Virus record (IMG/VR): IMGVR_UViG_3300031867_004305
Coordinates: 1-64,000 of that record
Source: a virus
Taxonomy: Duplodnaviria > Caudoviricetes
DNA length: 64,000 nt
Direction: 5' to 3' (one strand)
Shown: piece by piece, positions 1-9,717 of the stretch
How the letters are laid out: every line of letters begins with the position of its first letter
Numbering within the stretch: position 1 is the first letter of the stretch
Made by a program: the position numbers and the translations under genes
The notes under the pieces: generated by a model
What the model was told of the DNA's origin: nothing
The model's database searches: none
The model's input: only the letters and a program-made list of their open reading frames with translations

Positions 1-2
1 TT

Positions 3-2360
3 CAAAAACAAATTGAAGGAGCTTTCTTGACTTACGCCGCTTCGGTGGCACAGGAACGTGCAATACCGGATGCTAGGGATTTTCTAAAGATTGGCTTACG
101 TCAAGGATTGTACGCTCAATTTTCTAACAAGATAACGCACAAAGATAAGTTTCAAAAAGCACAAAAGTCTGTTGCCGCTGCGATGGCTCAGTCTTATGTC
201 CATGGCGATGTAGCAATGTATGACACTTTCATACGAACCGCTCGTCCTTGGTCATATCGCTACCCCATTGAAGAAGTCCAGGGCAACTATGGCAATCCAT
301 CATCTCCTGATAGTCATGCGGCCGCACGTTATGTTGAAATGCGTGCTGGTGAAATGGCAGATTATTTCTTTGCTGGTTTAAAGAAAAATGCTATTGGAGA
401 ACAATGGTATTCTAATTATGATGATACAGAAATGATTCCTTCTGTATTGCCTTCAATTGGATTTTGGAATATTGTAAATGGGTGTTCTGGTATTGCGGTT
501 GCTATGGCGACCTCTGTTCCGCAATTCAACTTACGTGAAGTCAATGAAGCACTAATTAAAATTATTCAAAATCCAAATGTAAGTTTCAATGAAATCTATT
601 GTGCTCCTGACTTCGCAACTGGTGGAACAATCACAAATGCCAAGGCTGTTAAAGAAAGTTTGAAAAATGGTAAGGGAGAATCTATTCGTTTAAAGGCGAA
701 GTTAGAATATTTTCCAGACCAGAATATGATCCAGGCTACCGAACTTCCATATGGTGTTTTCACCAATACAATTATCGACCAGCTGGCTACACTTACAAAT
801 GAAAATGAAAGTTATGGAATAGAACGAGTAGTTGACCACACGAAGAAAATAGCTGATATTCGTATCTACTTATCCAAGGGAGTAAATCCCAAGAAAATGA
901 TAGCAAAATTATATAAAGATACAAGCCTTGAAAATTGGTATGCTATTAATATGATTTTGCTTGATAATGGTCGTTTTCCAAAAGTGTTTGGCTGGCGTGA
1001 AGCGTGTGATGCTTATATTACTCACATCAGAGAATGTAAGCGTAATATGATCCAATTTGATCTAGATAAAGCACTAGCACGTGAAAATGTAGTAGAAGGG
1101 CTTATTCTCGCGGCGGCATCTATTGATGAAGTTGTAGCAATTATTCGTTCTTCTCAAAACCCAGCAGAAGCTTCGACTAAGTTAATTGCTCGTTTTAAAT
1201 TTAATGAAGAACAAACCAAAGCAATTCTCGCCATGAAACTTTCTTCATTAACAAAAATAGACGCTATTAAATTAAATGATGAACTAGAAGAACTTAAAAG
1301 AAAAATAGAGGAGTATCGCCACTTATTATTTGATACTACCGCTTTGAACAATGAACTAATAAAAATACTACAAATAGTTGCTGATAAATATGGTGACGCT
1401 CGTCGCACAAAAATTTTAAACATTGTAGAAAATGAAAGTGATGAAGAACAGCAAATTCAAGAAGAAGAAGTTGGCATAATGTTATTTGATAACAACATGC
1501 TACGACTTGTTAAAAAAGAAGATTTACAAGGTGGAAAACGAGGCCGAAAAGGTGTAAATATTAAACCACCTAAAAACGCGAATCTAATTAATACTTTATA
1601 TACAACTAATCTTGGAGTTGTCGCCGCGTTCACAGATACTGGTCGTATGTATAATTTTTCTTTGGCTGATTTAGATTATGGAAAGGATTATTCAGTGTAC
1701 GAACTTATTGTTCTACAAGATAACGAAAAAGTCCTGCTACTAATAGATACGACTTCCTTCAACGCATATCATAATTTAGTAACCATAAGCAAGAAAGGTT
1801 ATATTAAAAAGACAGCAACTCGTGAATATAACGTGCGGGCAAAAAAGGGTACTGCCGTGATGAAGTTAGATACTGATGATAGACTTGTTGGTGTATATCT
1901 TTCTATGAGTGATGAAGATAAGATTTTCATTACTGGTAGTGCCGGTAATTATAACTTCTATGAAATTGGAGAAGTTTCTGCTACTGGAAGAATGACCAAG
2001 GGTGTTAAAGCAATTAAATTAGGAACAAATGAAACAATTTGTGCGGCAACACTGGTTAAAAAAGATATTGAATATCGTGGTCTTTTAACTATCACTACAA
2101 CCGGTAAGGGTAAGATTACTAAGATAAATGATTTCAATATGACTAATCGTGCCATCAAAGGCCCACAAGTAATGGATCTAAAAACAGAAACATTAGCTAC
2201 TGTTTTTGCTGTGCCAGAATCACAAGAAAAAATTTTTATTACAACAAATAATAAAGCGGTTCTATTAAATACCGACTCCATTCCGATTCAAAATCGTGTA
2301 ACTAGTGGTATTCGCATTATTGATGCACGTGGAGTTGAAGGCGGAATCGAAATTATGTAA
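3..2360 (+). CDS. gyrA: Type IIA topoisomerase subunit A (GyrA/ParC-like), 5'-partial
   Basis: RAIPDARD, YVHGD, QGNYG, catalytic AAARY, NGCSGIAVAMAT and APDFATGG motifs; C-terminal beta-pinwheel repeats with a GyrA-box-like QGGKRGRKG. The frame is open back to the window start. Confidence 0.9.
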   Translation, partial: QKQIEGAFLTYAASVAQERAIPDARDFLKIGLRQGLYAQFSNKITHKDKFQKAQKSVAAAMAQSYVHGDVAMYDTFIRTARPWSYRYPIEEVQGNYGNPSSPDSHAAARYVEMRAGEMADYFFAGLKKNAIGEQWYSNYDDTEMIPSVLPSIGFWNIVNGCSGIAVAMATSVPQFNLREVNEALIKIIQNPNVSFNEIYCAPDFATGGTITNAKAVKESLKNGKGESIRLKAKLEYFPDQNMIQATELPYGVFTNTIIDQLATLTNENESYGIERVVDHTKKIADIRIYLSKGVNPKKMIAKLYKDTSLENWYAINMILLDNGRFPKVFGWREACDAYITHIRECKRNMIQFDLDKALARENVVEGLILAAASIDEVVAIIRSSQNPAEASTKLIARFKFNEEQTKAILAMKLSSLTKIDAIKLNDELEELKRKIEEYRHLLFDTTALNNELIKILQIVADKYGDARRTKILNIVENESDEEQQIQEEEVGIMLFDNNMLRLVKKEDLQGGKRGRKGVNIKPPKNANLINTLYTTNLGVVAAFTDTGRMYNFSLADLDYGKDYSVYELIVLQDNEKVLLLIDTTSFNAYHNLVTISKKGYIKKTATREYNVRAKKGTAVMKLDTDDRLVGVYLSMSDEDKIFITGSAGNYNFYEIGEVSATGRMTKGVKAIKLGTNETICAATLVKKDIEYRGLLTITTTGKGKITKINDFNMTNRAIKGPQVMDLKTETLATVFAVPESQEKIFITTNNKAVLLNTDSIPIQNRVTSGIRIIDARGVEGGIEIM

Positions 2361-2373
2361 TGGAGAATAAAAT

Positions 2374-2775
2374 ATGGATAAAGGCTACATAGAATTATTT
2401 ACTTTGATTACTCAAGTTTCTGCTAATTTGGCTGAACAAGTAATGGAAGAACATAAAAAAAAGAATGAAGAAAAAGGATACAAAACCGCAGAAATGATGC
2501 GTGATGATTTCCTTAATCTACATGACAAACTAGGTACGAATGAAACACTAGATAAAGCTGATTATGCTCGTTTACTTGTAGGTACAATTATTTTTACTAA
2601 TCAATTAGAGGCTCGTATTAAGAAAGAGCAAAGTGCCTTACAAAGTTATAAACTAGATATTATTCCAAAATTAGATCAAATTAATAACGCTGAATCTTCC
2701 GAAGTTCTGGAATTGGCAGAAAGTTTATTTGTAGTAAAAGAAAATATAGAATCAAATAATGAAGATTCTGAATAA
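2374..2775 (+). CDS. Hypothetical helical protein
   Basis: 133-aa ORF with GGAG RBS; no recognisable motif. Confidence 0.7.
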   Translation: MDKGYIELFTLITQVSANLAEQVMEEHKKKNEEKGYKTAEMMRDDFLNLHDKLGTNETLDKADYARLLVGTIIFTNQLEARIKKEQSALQSYKLDIIPKLDQINNAESSEVLELAESLFVVKENIESNNEDSE

Positions 2776-2776
2776 T

Positions 2777-2805
2777 TTGACTTTTTTCTAAAATTATAAT
2801 ATAAT
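2777..2805 (+). promoter_or_regulatory. SigA-type promoter
   Basis: TTGACT-17 bp-TATAAT. Confidence 0.75.
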
Positions 2806-2877
2806 ATAAATACAGAAAAGGAAAGGAAAGGAAAATAGCCCAGCTTGAAAATATAACAAGAAAAAATTATTTATTAT

Positions 2878-2906
2878 TTGACTTTCATTGAAAATTCTGT
2901 TATAAT
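2878..2906 (+). promoter_or_regulatory. SigA-type promoter (tandem, upstream of the wHTH gene)
   Basis: TTGACT-17 bp-TATAAT with extended -10 TG. Confidence 0.8.
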
Positions 2907-2993
2907 AAGATTGTAAAGAGGAAAAGGAGTAAAATTCCTGCCGCTTACAAAATAAATAAATAAAACATATATAAAAAAGGAGACTGATGTATT

Positions 2994-3353
2994 ATGATTA
3001 CCCCAAACAGTGAGCTAGTTCTAAATTTTCTAAAGAAGCATTTTGGTCAGGAATTCACCAAGAATGAGATTGCAGAGGCCCTAGGTATTTCCATTCCCGC
3101 AGTTACTGGTTCTATTAATGGTCTAGTTAAGAAGCACTATGTTACTGAGCGTCTAGAGGAAGTTGAAGTAGAGCCCGCGACTGACACTCGTAAGGCGAAG
3201 GTAAAGACTATTCGTCATGAGACTCTAACTGAGGCTGGTCTAGCCTATGATCCAGTAGCTGAGGAAGAGGCCAAGCAGGCCGCAAAGGCTGCTGAGAAGG
3301 AGCGTAAGGCTGCTGAGCGTGCGGCTGCTAAGGCTGCTAAAGAGAACGCCTAA
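2994..3353 (+). CDS. Winged-helix DNA-binding protein with Ala/Lys-rich tail
   Basis: FTKNEIAEALGISIPAVTGSINGLVKKHYV helix-turn-helix; AAGGAG RBS. Confidence 0.8.
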   Translation: MITPNSELVLNFLKKHFGQEFTKNEIAEALGISIPAVTGSINGLVKKHYVTERLEEVEVEPATDTRKAKVKTIRHETLTEAGLAYDPVAEEEAKQAAKAAEKERKAAERAAAKAAKENA

Positions 3354-3400
3354 TAGAATAAATGAGGGCGATTCCCTCGTGGAATCGCCTTAGTTTTATC

Positions 3401-3429
3401 TTGACAACATATAAAAATTATGATATAAT
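3401..3429 (+). promoter_or_regulatory. SigA-type promoter for ssb
   Basis: TTGACA-17 bp-TATAAT with TG. Confidence 0.85.
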
Positions 3430-3461
3430 AAATGTAAAGAAAAGATAAGGAGAAATGTAAT

Positions 3462-4370
3462 ATGAGCAAGGATATTATGACACAAGCAAATAACAAGATT
3501 AATGTTGTTGGCAAGCTACTAGACGCAGTAATTAACGATGGTACTTTAAGTGATGGCCGCAAGTATAAGCGTGCGAATATTACAATTCGCGTAACGCAGA
3601 CTTATGGTGGACGTGAAGAGACTAGTGAAATTCCAGTTAGCATGTTCGCCGCACAGTACACTCAGCAGAATAAGCCAAATCCCGGATATGCTCAGATTGA
3701 AAATCTAGCCGAGATGAAGACTGCCCAGATGGTTGGTATTGATAATGCTGATACAGTTCGTGTTTCTGGTGCGAATCTACGCGAGAATAACTTCGTTTCT
3801 CGTAATAGTGGCCAGCTAATTCATGGTTGGCAGATTAATACTAGTTTTATCAATTCTGGTGCAACTGCTGATGTAGCTTCTTTCATTATTGATATTTATA
3901 TCATGGATATGAAGCCAGAAGTTGATCGTGAAGGCGAAGAGACTGGTAAGCTAATCATCAAGGGTGCGATTGTTCAGTATCAGGGTAAGCTAGATGTAGT
4001 TGAGTTTATCGTTGAAAATCCTGATACTATTGATTACATTGAGCGTAATTGGAATATTGATGACACCGTAGAGGTTCGTGGCCGTATTCGTGTTACCGCA
4101 ATTGAAGATAAGCCAAAGGCTACTGAAAGCTCTTGGGGCGAGGATGTACCCGAGACCACGACTCGCACGGTACGTCAGCTAGTCATTACTAAGGGTAGTG
4201 ATGAGCCTTATGAGGAAGAGTTTGCCTATGATAAGACTGACATCAAGAAGGCTTTCAATGTCCGCAAGGCAATGATTGAACAGCTACAGATTGATGCCAA
4301 GAAGGGTGCCGCTCCAAAGGCTGCCAAGGAACCCACTGCCAAGGGTGAAAAGAAGTGGGATTGGGAATAA
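3462..4370 (+). CDS. Single-stranded DNA-binding protein (tandem OB-fold-like)
   Basis: NKINVVGKL and TVEVRGRI OB-type strands, aromatic/acidic C-terminus (KWDWE), adjacent to a Sak4-like ATPase. Confidence 0.65.
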   Translation: MSKDIMTQANNKINVVGKLLDAVINDGTLSDGRKYKRANITIRVTQTYGGREETSEIPVSMFAAQYTQQNKPNPGYAQIENLAEMKTAQMVGIDNADTVRVSGANLRENNFVSRNSGQLIHGWQINTSFINSGATADVASFIIDIYIMDMKPEVDREGEETGKLIIKGAIVQYQGKLDVVEFIVENPDTIDYIERNWNIDDTVEVRGRIRVTAIEDKPKATESSWGEDVPETTTRTVRQLVITKGSDEPYEEEFAYDKTDIKKAFNVRKAMIEQLQIDAKKGAAPKAAKEPTAKGEKKWDWE

Positions 4371-4393
4371 GGCGTAAGCCTTATTCTCATTTT
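4361..4393 (+). terminator. Hairpin after ssb
   Basis: TGGGAATAAGGC-GTAA-GCCTTATTCTCA followed by TTTT. Confidence 0.65.
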
Positions 4394-4410
4394 CTAAGGA
4401 GGGATAACAT

Positions 4411-5415
4411 ATGGCAAATGATATTGATATTTTCTCTCTTGAACCAAGTAAGATTTCCCGTGATCTAAAGGGAAAATTTTTGCTTATTTATGGGCAGCCT
4501 AAAACTGGCAAGTCTACATTTGGTTCCCAATTGCCTCGTTCATTATTCCTAAATTTTGAACAAGGTACTAACGCTCTAGCTGGTATTCGTAGTGTTCCTA
4601 TTCTTCGTTGGAGTGATTTTCGCAAGGTTCTCACACAACTACGTAAGCCACAAGCACGCGAAATGTATGATAGTATTGTAGTAGATACCGCTTCTATCGC
4701 CTGGCAACTTTGCGAGAAATATATTTGTCAGCGTGAAAGCGTTGATTCTATTCGAGAAATTCCTTGGGGTCAAGGCTGGGGCATGCTACGAAATGAATTC
4801 TCTGAATGTTGGCGTGAAATTACACTTTTAGGTTTTGGTATTCTTTTTATTGCACATAGTAGGGAGAAGCCAACTGAAATGCGTGATGAAGAAGGAAATG
4901 AAATTACAGCTGTTGCCCCTGATCTTCCAAACCAGTGTTATCAGATTGTAAATAGTATTGTAGATATTATTGGATATTTACAGGTTCAGATGAATAACGA
5001 TGGTACTTCTGAACGTTATCTATATACTCGTTCTACACCAACAGTATTCGCGGGCAGCCGCTATCAATATTTAGCACCAAAGATTAAGTTTGGTTATCAA
5101 GAATTAGTTGATGCGATTGGCGACGCAATTGACCAAGCTGTTGAAAAGGATGGAGCAGAAGTAACCGACCATACAGTTATCGCACAAATTAAGGCTCGTC
5201 CATTTAATGAAATTATGGAAGAAGCCAAAGCAATCTGGCAAGCTTATATTAACGAAGCTGAAACAGATGAAACAAAAGAGCAACATTTTAACATTGCTAA
5301 AGATGTTATTAAGCGTGTCTTTGGTACGGAAACATTTAAGCTTAGCCAAGCAGTTCCCTCGCAAAGCGACCTTGTTGAATTATTCATAGATGAAATGAAA
5401 GAAATTATGGAATAA
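4411..5415 (+). CDS. AAA_24/Sak4-like ATPase (single-strand annealing recombinase family)
   Basis: Walker A LIYGQPKTGKST, Walker B IVVDT, LFIAH motif. Confidence 0.8.
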   Translation: MANDIDIFSLEPSKISRDLKGKFLLIYGQPKTGKSTFGSQLPRSLFLNFEQGTNALAGIRSVPILRWSDFRKVLTQLRKPQAREMYDSIVVDTASIAWQLCEKYICQRESVDSIREIPWGQGWGMLRNEFSECWREITLLGFGILFIAHSREKPTEMRDEEGNEITAVAPDLPNQCYQIVNSIVDIIGYLQVQMNNDGTSERYLYTRSTPTVFAGSRYQYLAPKIKFGYQELVDAIGDAIDQAVEKDGAEVTDHTVIAQIKARPFNEIMEEAKAIWQAYINEAETDETKEQHFNIAKDVIKRVFGTETFKLSQAVPSQSDLVELFIDEMKEIME

Positions 5416-5441
5416 GAAAAGACCTATATAGGTCTTTTTTT
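5416..5441 (+). terminator. Intrinsic terminator
   Basis: AAAAGACCTA-TA-TAGGTCTTTTTTT. Confidence 0.7.
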
Positions 5442-5442
5442 A

Positions 5443-5471
5443 TTGACTTTTTTTCAAATCTGTGATATACT
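5443..5471 (+). promoter_or_regulatory. SigA-type promoter for the helicase-primase operon
   Basis: TTGACT-17 bp-TATACT with TG. Confidence 0.8.
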
Positions 5472-5492
5472 AAATAATAGGAGGGATGATAT

Positions 5493-5996
5493 ATGGCAAA
5501 AGCAACATTACAGTGTTTTAAATGTAAGCAACAATTTTTACGAAATGAACTAGTAGAATATGCTACTCCACGTTCTACTACTTTTCACAAGTATTGTCCA
5601 GAATGTTTAAAAGAACAACAATCCAGAGATAAATTTTCTGAAAGCGTGTGTAATATCTTTGGATTAAAAGCTCCGGGTCCTCGTATTTGGAATGAGCGTA
5701 AGCGTCTTATGGACACTTATGGATATACCGATCAAACTATTATTGATTGTCTAAATTATATTTATTTAGTAGAAAAAAGACAAAAATTATCTGAATCTTT
5801 GTGTCTTGTTAATCCACCAACAGTTGAAAAAATGATGAAGTATAAGCGGCGTCAAGAGTACGAACAAAATAAATTAGCCAGTGCTTTTGCAGAAAGTATG
5901 AGTTCTGAAATTAAACCACGACAAATAAAGATTAAAGAAAACACTACAACGGTAGGAAAAAATAATTGGAGTCTTGATGATTTTTTTGATGATTAA
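5493..5996 (+). CDS. Zn-finger protein upstream of the helicase (possible loader or initiator)
   Basis: CFKC...CPEC; function inferred from position only. Confidence 0.55.
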   Translation: MAKATLQCFKCKQQFLRNELVEYATPRSTTFHKYCPECLKEQQSRDKFSESVCNIFGLKAPGPRIWNERKRLMDTYGYTDQTIIDCLNYIYLVEKRQKLSESLCLVNPPTVEKMMKYKRRQEYEQNKLASAFAESMSSEIKPRQIKIKENTTTVGKNNWSLDDFFDD

Positions 5997-6008
5997 GGAG
6001 AGATGTAA

Positions 6009-7268
6009 ATGACACTATCAGATAAGACGGCATATCGTCAGATAGTAGGAAGTTTAATGCATAATCTTCTTTTGTTTATAGAATATCCAGATATAAATCC
6101 TTATGACTTTGTAGAAGCAAAAGTAGATAGAGCCTGCTTTCTAATAATAAGAAATCTATATGAAGCGGGAGCAAAAAGTTTAAGTGTATATGAAGTAGAT
6201 AAGGAATTTGAAAATCAAAAAGGAACTGCGGCCGCAACACAATATTTTAGTAACGGTGGCTTAGAATATTTAAAGAATGCATATGAATTTGCTGAACCAA
6301 GCAACTTTCAAATGTATTACAACCGATTAAAAAAGTATTCATTACTTTATCAATTAAAAAAAGCACATTATGATATTAGTAATTTTTATATAGAAGATAA
6401 AGACGCGGATGACCCATTAAAAGCAAGCGAAGTTCAAAAACATTGTGAAGAATCTAGTCTTGATGATATTCTTGCGGAAGTAGAAGGAAAATTTAATGAA
6501 ATTAGAAATGATTTTGTTAATGGTATAAAAAGAAATGGTGACCCTGCAAATAGTATCTTTGAACTTATTGATAATTTACAAAAGACGCCAAATGTAGGGC
6601 CAGATCTTGAAGGAGAAATTTTTAGTTCTGCGTGTCGTGGAGCAAGAGAAGGATGTTTCTTTTTGAAATCTGCTAGTACAAACGCTGGTAAAAGTAGAAC
6701 ATCGGTTTTTGATGCTTGTCATTTAGCATATCCTAAAAGATGGTCACATGAAAAAGGAACTTTCATTCATGAAATAAATTTTGATGAACCGCGGCAACCT
6801 CGTAAAGTTTTATTCATTGTCACAGAGATGGATGTGGAAGAAATTCAAACTATGATGCTGGCATATCTTTCAGGTGTAGATGAAGCACATATTTTGACTG
6901 GTAGATATGAACCGGGAGAATTACAACGAGTAAAATTTGCGGCGACAATAATGCAAGAATATCAGGGTTACTTTTTAATTGAAGAAATTAGTGAACCTAA
7001 TCTTGTAAATATTCAATCCGTTATAAAAAAATATGCAACTGTAGACCAAGTAAAATATATATTCTTTGATTATATTCATACAACTGCAAGTCTTGTAGGA
7101 CAATTTGCAAAAAATAATTTAAGAGAAGATACTGTATTAATGTTAATGGCAAACCAGCTAAAACAATTAGCTAAAGATTATAATGTATTTATTTTTTCAG
7201 CAACACAAGTCAATGCAAAAGGAATGGAAGGCGACGGCGAATTTAAAGACGAGTCTTGCATCCGGGGT
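6009..7268 (+). CDS. dnaB: Replicative DnaB-like helicase, exon 1 (420 codons)
   Basis: Walker A SASTNAGKS, IVTEM, IFFDYIH, SATQVN, ending SCIRG at the 5' splice site. Confidence 0.85.
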
Positions 7269-8227
7269 TCCTGTAGTTGTGCCCGTAAAACCCTAACCGC
7301 TCACCAGCGGGGTCACTTAATGTGGCTAACGAGGAAGTCCTATTAGGATAATCTCGTGTCATGGAAGATTTTATTGAAGAATTATTATCAATAAAGTACT
7401 TATCTAATGGAGGTGAGACTTTATGGATAAAGTTTCTGGAATATATGTTATCACAAACGAAATAAATCAAAAGCAATATGTTGGATTATCAAAAAATTGT
7501 TGGAAACGATGGGCAGATCATTATTCTAAATCTTATAATTCTAATAAAAAAGATGATTTAGAAAAAGCCTTATACATGGCAATGAGAAAATATGGACGAG
7601 ATAATTTCTCTTTCAAAATTATTGAAGAATGCCCAGAAGAACAACTAAGTGAACGTGAAGTATATTGGATAAAAAAATTAAATACTTATCATGGCGGTTA
7701 CAATGAAACTGAAGGTGGCGAAAAGCCAGGGCCTAATAGTGTTCATTTAGGAGAAGCACATGGAATGGCAAAATTAACTGAGAAAGAAGTCATTCAATGC
7801 CGCAAGTGGTACAAAGAAGGAAAAAAAAGTCATGATATTTGGGAAAAGTACTTCCAAGATAAAATAACTTATGCCGGTTTTCAAAGAATGTGGCATGGAA
7901 AAACTTGGAAACATGTAATGCCAGAAGTATTTAAAAATAATCCGCATCCACGTTGTAAATACTCAGAAGAAATAATTCAACAAATAAAACATATGTATGA
8001 TGAAGAAAAGAAAAGTTGTGCAGAAATTTATCATTATTTTGATGAAAAAATTAGCCGCACAACAATAAATAATATTTGTAATAATAAACGATAAAATCTT
8101 CAGCGATGTAACGACTATCCCGGCAGGGAGTACAATAGCTATTGGTACGCTATTGGAAAAGGGTTTTCTTATTATATAAATAATAAGTAAGAAATAGTCT
8201 GTGCCATCAGTAATGATGGAATAAATG
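7269..8227 (+). mobile_element. Group I intron (959 nt) in the helicase gene
   Basis: Exon 1 ends in U and the intron ends in G. Internal guide UUGUGCCC pairs with exon-1 GGGU (P1) and exon-2 GCAA (P10). P7 GACTAT (~8113) pairs with ATAGTC (~8194). Stem GAAGATTTTAT/ATAAAATCTTC encloses the endonuclease ORF. Splicing restores in-frame IRG|AKAVADK. Confidence 0.9.
7423..8094 (+). CDS. Intron-encoded GIY-YIG homing endonuclease
   Basis: GIYVITNEINQKQYVG, conserved R, E (EREVYWI) and GYN; C-terminal HTH-like DNA-binding segments; GGAGG RBS. Confidence 0.9.
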   Translation: MDKVSGIYVITNEINQKQYVGLSKNCWKRWADHYSKSYNSNKKDDLEKALYMAMRKYGRDNFSFKIIEECPEEQLSEREVYWIKKLNTYHGGYNETEGGEKPGPNSVHLGEAHGMAKLTEKEVIQCRKWYKEGKKSHDIWEKYFQDKITYAGFQRMWHGKTWKHVMPEVFKNNPHPRCKYSEEIIQQIKHMYDEEKKSCAEIYHYFDEKISRTTINNICNNKR

Positions 8228-8587
8228 GCAAAAGCAGTTGCTGATAAATGCGATATGGGGTGCGTAATGAGTAGAGTAGATAATAAAATGTGGGATGATT
8301 TAATTCCAAAGTTACGCCCATATGTAAGAGAAGGTATTATTGATGCTACATATTTAGAAAATCCTGATTATCGTCCTACTCATATTATAGATATTTATAA
8401 AATGCGTCGTGGTCGTTATCGTGGTATAAGAATTTGGTCACATATTCATCTCGGTACAGGAAGAAGAGTTGATTTATTTATGACTTCTTCAAATAATTCT
8501 CCAATAGAATGGAAAGCTGATACTTTTCAAACTGTAATTGAAGAAATGATAGGTAATTGGCGTGAAATGATAAAGGAGGAAACATAA
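8228..8587 (+). CDS. dnaB: DnaB-like helicase, exon 2 (spliced product about 539 aa)
   Basis: AKAVADKCD continues the conserved motif; IYKMRRG arginine finger. Confidence 0.85.
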   Translation, partial: AKAVADKCDMGCVMSRVDNKMWDDLIPKLRPYVREGIIDATYLENPDYRPTHIIDIYKMRRGRYRGIRIWSHIHLGTGRRVDLFMTSSNNSPIEWKADTFQTVIEEMIGNWREMIKEET

Positions 8588-9712
8588 TTGCTAACGACAT
8601 TACAAAATCAAGATAATGAGCTTGATTTAGCAATAGCAAGCAAAAAAGATATTGTAGATTCCATTACACTTAATGATGTAAAGAATTTTCTTGAAAGTTT
8701 AGGGGTAACACAAATTATGGTTAATGAGGAAAAACAATATCTTATATGTCCTACAATTTGCCATAATCCTATCAATGAAGCTGAATCTATGAAATTATAT
8801 TGGTATCAAAACAATAAAATATTTAGATGCTATACTGAATGTAATGAAGCAATGTCTATATTCAAATTATATCAAAAATATATGGCATTAAATCATTATC
8901 CTGTTACAATAGAAGAAGCTGAAGATTATGTAAAACAATGTCTAAAACATATTGTTATAAATACAAATAAAGTATCTTATAACTATGAATTGGATTTAAA
9001 TAAATATCAATATAATAGTAACATTCCGGTTCTTGATGAATATCCAAAAGAAGTTTTATCATATTTCACACATTATTATCATCCAACTTGGTTACGAGAT
9101 GGAATAACACCAGAAGCAATGGATAAATTTCATATTGGTTTTTCATTAGGACAAAATAAAATTATTATTCCTCATTTTGATATAAATGGAAGATTAATTG
9201 GTATTCGCGGCCGTGCGTTAGATAAAAAAGAAGCTGAAAGTTATGGAAAATATCGTCCATTACAAATTGGAAAAATAACTTATGCTCATCCATTACAATT
9301 TAATTTATACGGTGTACATGAACATCAAAGTGGTATTAAAATGCGGCGACAAGCTATTATAGCAGAAGCTGAAAAATCTGTATTACTAGATGATGGATAT
9401 TATGAAGATTTAAGTAATTGTGTCGCATGTTGTGGCTCAAGTTTTAATAAATATCATATTAGTCTATTAACTAATATTTTAGGTGCCAATGAAATTATAA
9501 TTGCTTTAGATAAAGAATATACTGATTGGCGAACGGAAAAGGCCCGCAAATATAAGGAGAGAATAATCTCAATGTGTCATAAATATAGTAATCAAGCCAT
9601 CTTTTCTTATATATGGGATTATGATAATGTTTTGGAGGAAAAAGACTCTCCATTTGATAAAGGAAAAGAAGTTTTTGAACATTTATATAAAACAAGAGTA
9701 AAAGTAAGATAG
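8588..9712 (+). CDS. dnaG: DNA primase (Zn-binding and TOPRIM domains)
   Basis: TICHN...CYTEC Zn site, IIIPH..GRLIGIRGR, IIAEAEKS, IIIALD. Confidence 0.85.
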   Translation: MLTTLQNQDNELDLAIASKKDIVDSITLNDVKNFLESLGVTQIMVNEEKQYLICPTICHNPINEAESMKLYWYQNNKIFRCYTECNEAMSIFKLYQKYMALNHYPVTIEEAEDYVKQCLKHIVINTNKVSYNYELDLNKYQYNSNIPVLDEYPKEVLSYFTHYYHPTWLRDGITPEAMDKFHIGFSLGQNKIIIPHFDINGRLIGIRGRALDKKEAESYGKYRPLQIGKITYAHPLQFNLYGVHEHQSGIKMRRQAIIAEAEKSVLLDDGYYEDLSNCVACCGSSFNKYHISLLTNILGANEIIIALDKEYTDWRTEKARKYKERIISMCHKYSNQAIFSYIWDYDNVLEEKDSPFDKGKEVFEHLYKTRVKVR

Positions 9713-9717
9713 GAGTA

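Noticed and set aside
7269-7346. Helicase C-terminus SCSCARK... and a separate 120-aa gene starting at ATG 8225
   Set aside because: Both are explained by the intron: the first is read-through into it, and the G of the ATG at 8225-8227 is the intron's terminal G.
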